From positions 9,389 to 73,388 of the forward strand of contig JBBAOU010000003.1 in the NCBI GenBank assembly GCA_040401175.1: a stretch of DNA of 64,000 bases. Direction: 5' to 3'. How positions within the stretch are numbered: position 1 is the first letter of the stretch; each line of letters starts with the position of its first letter. The notes under the pieces were generated by a model, which ran no database searches, was not told where the DNA came from, and saw only the letters and a list, made by a program, of their open reading frames with translations. The position numbers and the translations under genes were made by a program. Source of the stretch: Methylotenera sp. GTDB taxonomy: Bacteria; Pseudomonadota; Gammaproteobacteria; Burkholderiales; Methylophilaceae. This document shows, in pieces, positions 39,769 through 48,040 of this stretch.

Positions 39769-41229
39769 TTAGTATGAAAGTTGTAAGCGAGTGAATAGTG
39801 CTTTTTCATCAGGTCTGTCTGCAATATTGGTATACAAACCAGTTGCTGCATTTGCAGAATTGACTTGACCGCCACCAACAAAACTCGTTTGTTCGTAATT
39901 TAAGACTACTTTTACGTTTTGGTTTAAATACCAATTAATACCGGCAGCCCATGATTTTGCAGCACTAGCATTGTTTCTTGGGTCTGCGTAGCGTGTTTGA
40001 GTGCTAGTAGTAAATGCCGAGTTATCAATATTATTTTCTTGATAGCGTGCCACTAATTCCCAAGCACCCCAGCCACCGCCGTCGGTATTAAAGACTTGTT
40101 TAGGTTTTACGCCTTTAAATGAAGCATCTTCTCCAGTGAGCAAGTAGGAACCAGCAATCTGCCAAGCATCGTTCTCTAATTTGTCAGAAATAGTACCATT
40201 AGTTACATCTTGCGATACGCGTGCATATTCTGTAATTACGCCAAATGGACCATAGTAGTAATAGGCTTGTGGCGAGATTCTATCTCGCGCGCCGTTAGCA
40301 AAAACTGTGCTGGCCGTATATGCAAAGAAGCTAGATTGCTGTCCTGCAGTTTTGTATCCAGGTAAACCACTGGCAGATGATGAACCCCTAAAGTTGCCAT
40401 GGGTAGCAGCAAGACCAAAGCCCAATCCAGCAAGTACGCTATCACTACCCTTGAATGGTGTGGCGAATACACGTGCGGCATAATCTTTATCTACATTCGT
40501 ATCTTGTACCGTTGTAATATCACCACCATCAACTACGCCGTTATAGATGCCTACTGAATAATTTAGTTTTCCGTCTAGTACGTCGCCATGAATCGCAGCG
40601 CCAAGGTCGCGGTTAGGCAAAATATTGTTACTAACGTAACTGCGCTCAATGAATTTAATGTCGGAGCCGTTTTGTAGTCTTTCTAGACCAATAAATGGTT
40701 TGAACTTACCAGCACGTACCTTAAATGAAGGCTGGAAACGTGCGTCTATGTAAGCATCTACAATACCGCTGGTACTGGTTGTGCTGGTGGTTTTAGCTTC
40801 ACCAAACTCTGGCGTAAAGCGAAAGTCATACTTGCCAAAAACAGTACCTTCAATCGTTGGACGAATACGTCTAAAGTCAAAACCGCTGATGTTTTTACCG
40901 TCGCTACCTAAGCCATTTACATTGCTGTAATTGCGATTATCAATGTGTAAAAGTCCTTTTAATTTAATTGAATTGTTACCGTCAGCCGACTCAAATCCAA
41001 AACCATTTTCACTGGCTTTAACTACTGGCGTTGTTTTTTTAGAAGCTGCAGCTTCTTCGTTTGAAATTTCACCCTTACGTGCCAAAACTTTAACTTGTTG
41101 ATCTAATTGTTGCACTAATGCGCGTAACTCTTCCAGCTCTGAACTGTCATTAGCATGTGCTGCTAGTGGTAGTGAAATAATGCCGCTGGCTAACATCACA
41201 GTGGCGAATTTTGTAAATTTAAATTGCAT
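39769..41229 (-). CDS. OprO/OprP-family anion-selective porin in the sulfate operon
   Basis: Signal peptide (AHA cleavage), FRRIRPTIEG, DAYID, GKFK..GLERLQ, ERSYV, WELVARY and INWYLN. GGAG RBS before ATG 41229. Confidence 0.88.
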   Translation of the reverse strand: MQFKFTKFATVMLASGIISLPLAAHANDSSELEELRALVQQLDQQVKVLARKGEISNEEAAASKKTTPVVKASENGFGFESADGNNSIKLKGLLHIDNRNYSNVNGLGSDGKNISGFDFRRIRPTIEGTVFGKYDFRFTPEFGEAKTTSTTSTSGIVDAYIDARFQPSFKVRAGKFKPFIGLERLQNGSDIKFIERSYVSNNILPNRDLGAAIHGDVLDGKLNYSVGIYNGVVDGGDITTVQDTNVDKDYAARVFATPFKGSDSVLAGLGFGLAATHGNFRGSSSASGLPGYKTAGQQSSFFAYTASTVFANGARDRISPQAYYYYGPFGVITEYARVSQDVTNGTISDKLENDAWQIAGSYLLTGEDASFKGVKPKQVFNTDGGGWGAWELVARYQENNIDNSAFTTSTQTRYADPRNNASAAKSWAAGINWYLNQNVKVVLNYEQTSFVGGGQVNSANAATGLYTNIADRPDEKALFTRLQLSY

Positions 41230-41294
41230 TTTTATCTCCGAATACAAGTAACCAGTTTTCTGGTAGGCCCGTAAATTTAATTTTAAGTATTTTT

Positions 41295-41504
41295 TTACTT
41301 TGCCCTTGCTGGTGCAGTCGACGAAATTTTTATGTTTTCTTGCGTAAGCCTAAGTTTTTCGCGTTTTTCAATTTGTGTCACACGGCCTTCGTGAAGTACT
41401 ATTTCCACAGAGCCAAAACCAGAGCCAGACCTCAACGCTTCGACGGCACGCAAAATTTTCTGTGAAACATCACTATTATTTTTTGTATTGGTTTGGAGTT
41501 TCAT
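41295..41504 (-). CDS. YezD/DUF2292 small protein (OscA-like sulfur-starvation protein)
   Basis: FGSVEIVLHEGRVTQIEKREKLR motif. First gene of the sulfate cluster. Confidence 0.85.
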   Translation of the reverse strand: MKLQTNTKNNSDVSQKILRAVEALRSGSGFGSVEIVLHEGRVTQIEKREKLRLTQENIKISSTAPARAK

Positions 41505-41559
41505 GATTTAGCCCTTAATGTGTGCTCGCTAATGAGCGAATGCATGCACTATAAATTAG

Positions 41560-41604
41560 CTATATAACAATTAAAAAGAATTTGTTTTTATATAGTTATA
41601 ACTA
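41560..41604. promoter_or_regulatory. AT-rich dyads upstream of the sulfur operon (candidate CysB/LysR-type site)
   Basis: CTATATAA(41560)...TTATATAG(41595) inverted repeat and an overlapping perfect palindrome TAGTTATAACTA (41593-41604). The regulator identity is inferred. Confidence 0.4.
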
Positions 41605-41783
41605 AATAGAATAAATTAGTCGATTTAAGCTGAACGGCTTATATTTCTGATGGGGAAGTGTTTTGATGATTTTCGCACTGGTTATATTTGCGGCTTGCAA
41701 ATTAATGGCTTACAACTTGATAAGTTGCAATGTGGTGGCTAGTTAAGTAGGATGATTGTAGCTACCTAATCAACCTGATTACT

Positions 41784-42857
41784 CTAAACATGCTGCGCTA
41801 ATGCCCAGCGTACATGCTCTTGTACTAATTCGTTTTCATGATTGATATGCTGGCTTAGCATATGAATAATCGCTACTGTAGTTGGTGCGTTGCCAAGACC
41901 GACGGCGATGTTTCTTAACCATTGTGCATAGCCAATTCGGTAAATGGCACTGCCGGCCATTTTTACTTTAAATTCATCTTCGCTCCAGCTAAAACAATCG
42001 ACCAAGCTAATGTCATCTAAGCCGTGTTTAACATGAAAATCATTTTCTGTAGTGTTCTGAGAAAATTTGTTCCACGGGCAAAAAAGTTGGCAGTCGTCAC
42101 AGCCGTACACGCGATTACCGATTAAAGGTCTGAATTCAAGAGGAATACTACCTTTAAGCTCTATCGTTAAATATGAAATACAACGCCTCGCATCAACCTC
42201 GTAAGGTGCGGTAATTGCCTTGGTCGGGCAAACATCAATGCAACTAGTACAAGTACCACAATGGTTGTTCGGCACTATTTCATCGGCTACAAGTGGTAAA
42301 TTAGTGTAAATTTCACCAATAAAAAACCATGAGCCATGATTTTTATTGATGAGTAGGGTATGTTTGCCACGCCACCCTAAGCCAGCTTTTTCTGCTAACG
42401 CTACTTCTAACACTGGCGCGCTATCGGTAAAAACGCGGTAGCTAAAATCTGTTATAGCAAGTTTGGTGACTTCCGATTGTATTTTATCGCCAAGTTTTTG
42501 CAGTTTATTACGCATGACTTTGTGATAATCTCGCCCCAATGCATAGCGGGAAATAAAAGCCTTAGACTGATCCTGTAACACGCTTTCACTATGCAAAGAA
42601 TCGGGCGGTAAGTAATCTAAGCGCACAGAAATTACACGCAAGGTATTTGGCACTAATTCAGCAGGTCGGGTGCGCTTCTCACCGTGTTTTGCCATATAAT
42701 CCATTTCACCATGAAAACTTTTTCCCACCCATGCTTGATGCTTAACTTCTGCTGCCTGCAAGTCTGTATCGGTAATGCCAACCTGATTAAAGCCCAAGGC
42801 CAAGCCCCAACTTTTAATGTCGGCACTCAGTTGTTTGAAATCGTAAGAATTAATCAT
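41784..42857 (-). CDS. queG: Epoxyqueuosine reductase
   Basis: SRYALGRDYH, DSAPVLE, GWRGKH, CGTCTSCIDVCPT and GCDDCQLFCPWN. The likely ATG at 42857 overlaps the tsaE ATG. Confidence 0.96.
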   Translation of the reverse strand: MINSYDFKQLSADIKSWGLALGFNQVGITDTDLQAAEVKHQAWVGKSFHGEMDYMAKHGEKRTRPAELVPNTLRVISVRLDYLPPDSLHSESVLQDQSKAFISRYALGRDYHKVMRNKLQKLGDKIQSEVTKLAITDFSYRVFTDSAPVLEVALAEKAGLGWRGKHTLLINKNHGSWFFIGEIYTNLPLVADEIVPNNHCGTCTSCIDVCPTKAITAPYEVDARRCISYLTIELKGSIPLEFRPLIGNRVYGCDDCQLFCPWNKFSQNTTENDFHVKHGLDDISLVDCFSWSEDEFKVKMAGSAIYRIGYAQWLRNIAVGLGNAPTTVAIIHMLSQHINHENELVQEHVRWALAQHV

Positions 42858-43374
42858 GGCTAACAATTTTACACGTGATTTGCCAGATGAAGCAGCAACG
42901 CTGAATTTTGCTAGTGTTTTGGCTAAAGTCATACAGCCAAATTTAACCATTTATTTGCATGGCGATTTAGGTGCAGGTAAAACTACATTGGTACGCGGTT
43001 TGTTGTATGCGCTTGGGCATGTGGGCAAGGTTAAAAGTCCAACTTATACGCTGGTTGAACCCTACCAAATTAAATCTAATGGTGGTTTTAGATTAGATCA
43101 GCCTGCATTAAACCTCTATCATTTTGACTTATATCGATTTAATGACGATGAAGAATGGGAGTTGGCTGGATTTAGAGATTACTTTAATGCAGAAAGTGTT
43201 TGCATCATCGAATGGCCAGAAAAAGCGCAAAATGTATTGCCAACGCCAGATCTCAATGTCACACTTTCTATTAGACAATTCGCCAAGTCTAGCGAACCAG
43301 GCCGCGCCATTCATATCTCCGCGCATTCAATACTAGGACAGCAATGCTTAAGCGCAATATCAACAGCACAGTGA
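42856..43374 (+). CDS. tsaE: tRNA threonylcarbamoyladenosine biosynthesis ATPase
   Basis: GDLGAGKTT, VKSPTYTLVEPY, HFDLYRF and IEWPE. Confidence 0.97.
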   Translation: MANNFTRDLPDEAATLNFASVLAKVIQPNLTIYLHGDLGAGKTTLVRGLLYALGHVGKVKSPTYTLVEPYQIKSNGGFRLDQPALNLYHFDLYRFNDDEEWELAGFRDYFNAESVCIIEWPEKAQNVLPTPDLNVTLSIRQFAKSSEPGRAIHISAHSILGQQCLSAISTAQ

Positions 43375-44879
43375 TAGTGTATGAGGCAATAAATAATGCC
43401 TTACATGCTTTAAATAGACAGTTTTTTATAAGCCTTCTTATAAGTCTGGTTGCTGGTCTTTTTTCAACTGCACAAGCGGGAAATAGCGTGGTGGCGGTCA
43501 GAGTTTGGCCGGCTCAAGATTACACTCGAATTACACTAGAATCTAGTTTGCCATTCGATTACAAAATGAAGTCACTGCAGAATCCAGATCGTATCGTATT
43601 GGATATTGAAAATATTGATCTCAATCAGAATGTCAAATCCTTGTCTGATAAAATCTTAGCCAGCGACCCTTACATTAAACAAATTCGCGTGGCTAAATAT
43701 CAGTCTAGTGCTGTGCGTTTAGTATTTGATTTAAAGTCTGAAGTCAAACCTAACGCCTTTACTTTAGCGCCAACCGGTGATTATAAATATCGCTTAGTGT
43801 TGGATGTTTACCCGCTAAAAGACCCGCTCATGGCCATGGTTGCGGGGCGAGATGCCGTCGCTAACAGTAATGGTAATTTAGCTTTAAGTACTGAATCTAA
43901 AACACCAATAGTGGCAGATTCTTACGCATTAAAATCGATGCCAATGGATGATGCTGGGACAAATAAAGAGGTGAACAACACGAAGGCGATTGAGCTGGCT
44001 CAATCTGCGCCTGCTGTATCTGACAAAACCGATGCTAGCAATCCAGAGTTGTTCCAAGACAAGCTTCAGACTAAGTCTAAAAAAACTAGTCCGAACAATA
44101 TTGAACCTAAAAATGCTGATTCTAAAAATGAACAGTCTAGTAGCGCATACAGCAATAAAGACGCTAGGCAAATTATCATTGCAATAGATGCTGGTCATGG
44201 CGGTGAAGATCCTGGTGCACGCGGTGCCAATGGTAGCAATGAAAAAGACATTACCTTAATGATTGCAAAAAGACTTAAAGACAAAATTGATAGCGAGCCA
44301 AATATGCGCGGGGTATTAACACGCGACAGCGATTATTTTATTCCGTTACATGGGCGTGTGATTAAGGCGCGAAAAATGCAAGCAGACTTGTTTGTGTCGA
44401 TTCATGCCGATTCTTTTACTAATTCTGCAGCAAGAGGTTCATCGGTATTTGCTCTGTCTGAACGAGGTGCTACTAGTGCTAGCGCACGTTATTTAGCCAA
44501 AAAAGAAAATGAATCAGATTTAATTGGTGGTGTAAGTTTGGATGATAAGGATCCGGTATTGGCGAGAACATTACTTGATCTATCGCAAACTGCGACCATT
44601 ACCGATAGCTTAAAGTTAGGCAAAGCGGTGCTTGCTCAAATAGCCAGTATTAACACCTTACACACTAAGCATGTTGAACAAGCGGCATTTGCAGTATTGA
44701 AGTCGCCTGATATTCCTTCAATTTTAGTTGAAACTGCTTTTATCAGTAACCCTGAAGAAGAGCGAAAATTGAACAACGAGGCTTATCAAGACCAACTAGT
44801 TGACTCTATTTTAACCGGCATTAAAAAGTACTTCGCTACTAACCCTGCGCTTGCAAAAACTAAGGTTGCGTTAGAGTGA
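43344..44879 (+). CDS. amiC: N-acetylmuramoyl-L-alanine amidase (AMIN plus Amidase_3)
   Basis: AVRVWPA..YTRITLES AMIN domain, IDAGHGGEDPGA, FVSIHAD and PSILVETAFISNP. Confidence 0.92.
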   Translation: MLKRNINSTVIVYEAINNALHALNRQFFISLLISLVAGLFSTAQAGNSVVAVRVWPAQDYTRITLESSLPFDYKMKSLQNPDRIVLDIENIDLNQNVKSLSDKILASDPYIKQIRVAKYQSSAVRLVFDLKSEVKPNAFTLAPTGDYKYRLVLDVYPLKDPLMAMVAGRDAVANSNGNLALSTESKTPIVADSYALKSMPMDDAGTNKEVNNTKAIELAQSAPAVSDKTDASNPELFQDKLQTKSKKTSPNNIEPKNADSKNEQSSSAYSNKDARQIIIAIDAGHGGEDPGARGANGSNEKDITLMIAKRLKDKIDSEPNMRGVLTRDSDYFIPLHGRVIKARKMQADLFVSIHADSFTNSAARGSSVFALSERGATSASARYLAKKENESDLIGGVSLDDKDPVLARTLLDLSQTATITDSLKLGKAVLAQIASINTLHTKHVEQAAFAVLKSPDIPSILVETAFISNPEEERKLNNEAYQDQLVDSILTGIKKYFATNPALAKTKVALE

Positions 44880-44927
44880 TTTAACGTTTCTAGCCGAGGC
44901 GAGCCTGTTATTTAAGGAGGTTCCTCT

Positions 44928-46304
44928 ATGGAATTAACATTTCTTGGTGCGACTGGAACCGTTACTGGCTGAAAATATCTACTGACTTGCGCGCCCCCCA
45001 ATGGCGGTTCAAAACGCATTTTAATAGATTGAGGGCTATTTCAAGGCTTAAATCAATTACGTCTTAAAAACTGAGAAAAATTACCCATAGATCCTGCAAC
45101 AGTTGATCTCGTAGTATTAACGCACGCGCATATCGACCATACTGGCTATCTGCCACTTTTTGTTAAGAATGGCTTTTCTGGCAAGGTTTATTGCACAGAG
45201 GCCAGACGCGATTTATGTGAAATTCTTTTGCCTGATTCAGCGCACCTGCAAGAAGAAAACGCTAAGTATGCCAACAAACGTGGCTTTTCAAAACACAATC
45301 CCGCCTTACCCCTTTATACGCAAGAAGATGCATTAGATACACTTGCCTTACTGAACGCACTTAATTATGAGCAAGATGTAGATTTGGGTGATGGCTTGGC
45401 GCTAAGGTTTTCGCCTAATGGCCACATTTTAAGTTCGGCTTTTATACGTATACACAACAAAAAAACGTCTATTGTGATCTCTGGCGATATTGGCCGGCCG
45501 AGTGATATTTTGATGAAAGCACCAGTGCGCATTAAGCAGGCTGATTATTTGGTGCTTGAATCAACCTATGGTAACCGCTTGCATGAACGTGAAAATGCAA
45601 AAACTAAGTTGGCTGAAATTATCAACAAAACTGTCGCGCGCAAAGGCATAGTGCTTATTCCAGTATTTGCCGTGGGTAGGGCGCAAGAACTACTTTATTA
45701 CATTTATTTGCTCAAATCTTCTGGCGCAACATCAAATGACATTCCAGTTTATTTAAACAGCCCAATGGCGGTCAATGCCACAGCCATCTTCAACCATCAT
45801 CGTGGCGAGCATCACTTAACGCCTGAGCAATCTAGCGCACTTTGTCACACTGCACACATGGTGAATAGCATAGAAGAATCGAAGCGCTTAAATGACACCA
45901 GCGGTCCTATGATTATCCTTTCAGCCAGCGGCATGGCTTCAGGTGGGCGTGTTGTACACCATTTGAAAGCTTTTATTCCTAAACTTAATAACACTATTTT
46001 GTTTGTAGGTTTTCAGGCTGCCGGCACTAGAGGAGCCGCTTTGTTAGATGGCGTACAAAGCATCAAAATTCATGGCGAATATTTGCCAGTACAAGCGGAT
46101 ATAGCGTTGATTTCTAATTTATCTGCACATGCAGATTATTCAGAGATTCTTGATTAGCTCTCTGGTTTTGACGCTCCGCCGAAAAAGACTTTCATTACAC
46201 ACGGCGAGTCAGTGGCAGCAGATGCAATGCGGCTACATATTGAAGAAAAACTACATTGGTCGGTGTCTGTGCCAGAGAATCTTGAAACGGTGGTTTTGGA
46301 TTAG
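44928..46304 (+). pseudogene. MBL-fold/beta-CASP RNA-specific nuclease pseudogene (459 codons, four in-frame stops)
   Basis: AAGGAGG RBS, then MELTFLGATGTVTG*KYLL...ILID*GLFQG...KN*EKLP...THAHIDH. TGA at 44970, 45030 and 45072, TAG at 46155. The frame is intact to a natural TAG at 46302. Confidence 0.9.
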
Positions 46305-46364
46305 CTGGGTTTGAATTAAGTGAGATAATTAGTTAACTTTTTTTAAAAAACTATGCTCAGAAAA

Positions 46365-47900
46365 CTAGCGCCTTTTGGTCATTAAATAATCAATTTCCCT
46401 GGTGGTATCTCCATAGCCAGCTTGGATGAGCAGTGCGCTTTCTATATAACGGCTAACTTGTTGGCGAAAAGCTTTAACACCAGCGCCATCCAAAAAAATC
46501 TGCGGAAACTTAAAGCTAAGCCAAGCATACAAGCTTAAATTATGGCTTAGCAACTCCGCCGCCTCTAAGTGTTTTGGGTTGCTCGCCCTTAGCCAAGCTG
46601 GTGCCGCTGGTAAGCTACGCTGGAAGGAGTGTGCAACACTTTGTAAGCACATGAGGTAATAGTCTTTTTCATAGGCCACATTGAGTGAAATCGGCGCACA
46701 GACAAAAATAAATTTATCTTTTAATGACATGTCTGGCGCGTACTCATCAACCAATAGCGCCTGACTAATTTGATTGTTGAGTGGTGTTTGAGCAAATAAC
46801 TCTGCCTTAAATCGGTTTCTTTGCTGACAATAAGTCAGTACTTCTGCAATTTTTTTAGTATGTAGTTGTGTTGCGATTTGGCCCAACTGATTAAAACTTA
46901 TGTTTACCGGTAGCCTGCTTAAGTCTGATGTGTCATCTACGCTCAACATGTGCTCTATATGAATTAACTCGTCGTTTTCTAGCACACTCACATAGCCAGT
47001 CGCGTAAATGCCAAAACGCCCAGCGCGACCGGCAATTTGTCGAACTTCAGTTGCATTGAGTGGGCGGCTAGCCACACCGTCAAATTTATGAATATTAGAA
47101 AAAATTACGCGCCGTATGGGTAGGTTTAAACCCATGCCAATGGCGTCAGTGGCGACGAGAATGTCTGCCGCACCTGAGCAAAACCGCTCAGATTCGGTAC
47201 GCCGAACTTCAGGTGATAGCGCCCCATAAATACTTGCCACGGTAAATCCCCATTGCCTAAAACGGGCAGAAAAAGTCAGTACATCTTTGCGACTAAAGGC
47301 GATAATGGCATCGCCTTTTTGTAGCTTGGGCTTAAGTTTCTGGCGACTATAATGCTTGCCGCAGATACTTTCATCCTCTAATTCTAAAGGTGTTTTTCTA
47401 GCCAAGTAACTAATTTCATGAGTTTCGTTCATTTGCTTAATCACCGCGAGGCATGGCGCCGTTACTGCATTTGAACCACAAACAAATACTAGCTTAGCTG
47501 GGACGCCAACCAACGCAGCTGTCCAAGCGCTACCTCGGTCTGGGTCTTGTAGCATTTGTATTTCATCAATAATAGCTACTTCTACAGGCTTGCTCTGGTT
47601 CATCATTTCAATGGTAGACGCTGTATGTTGCGCGCCTTCCATCAATATGCGCTCTTCACCAGTAATGAGGTTGCAAGGCACACCGGCGGCCACTAGGCAG
47701 TCGCGAATTTCCATGGCCAGCAAACGTAAAGGTGCCAGATAAACACCAGATTTAGCATTTTGTAAGGCAATTAAGGCGTTGTAAGTTTTACCTGAATTAG
47801 TTGGCCCTAGGTAAAAGTGATGATGCCGCTTGAGTAAGCGTGCTTGGGTGAAGCTTTCTAGGTAAGCGTTTTGCGAGAGTGATGTAGTGTTTGAATGCAT
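46365..47900 (-). CDS. SUV3-like SF2 RNA helicase
   Basis: GPTNSGKT, YLAPLRLLA, IIDEIQ, AFSRK, IYGAL.PE.R, ATDAIGMGLN and QIAGRAGR. Confidence 0.88.
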   Translation of the reverse strand: MHSNTTSLSQNAYLESFTQARLLKRHHHFYLGPTNSGKTYNALIALQNAKSGVYLAPLRLLAMEIRDCLVAAGVPCNLITGEERILMEGAQHTASTIEMMNQSKPVEVAIIDEIQMLQDPDRGSAWTAALVGVPAKLVFVCGSNAVTAPCLAVIKQMNETHEISYLARKTPLELEDESICGKHYSRQKLKPKLQKGDAIIAFSRKDVLTFSARFRQWGFTVASIYGALSPEVRRTESERFCSGAADILVATDAIGMGLNLPIRRVIFSNIHKFDGVASRPLNATEVRQIAGRAGRFGIYATGYVSVLENDELIHIEHMLSVDDTSDLSRLPVNISFNQLGQIATQLHTKKIAEVLTYCQQRNRFKAELFAQTPLNNQISQALLVDEYAPDMSLKDKFIFVCAPISLNVAYEKDYYLMCLQSVAHSFQRSLPAAPAWLRASNPKHLEAAELLSHNLSLYAWLSFKFPQIFLDGAGVKAFRQQVSRYIESALLIQAGYGDTTREIDYLMTKRR

Positions 47901-48040
47901 ACTTTTAAGAATTTAGCTTAAAACAGGTAAAATACCAATATATAAAATCTCTACACAAAACGTCTGTATAAAAACAGCTATATTAACTTACGCTTTTAAT
48001 GCAAATACGAATATAAATATTATCTAAAGTAACAATCATC

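Noticed and set aside
44928-46304. Genetic-code reassignment (TGA as Trp or Gly) or selenocysteine to explain the in-frame stops
   Set aside because: Many intact genes here end at TGA at their expected C-termini (both ABC genes, queD, amiC, rfbB). The stops replace three different residues and include a TAG. Only one is at a Cys position.
47964-47977. LexA-like CTGT...ACAG upstream of mutL and the helicase
   Set aside because: The spacer is 6 nt, not the required 8.
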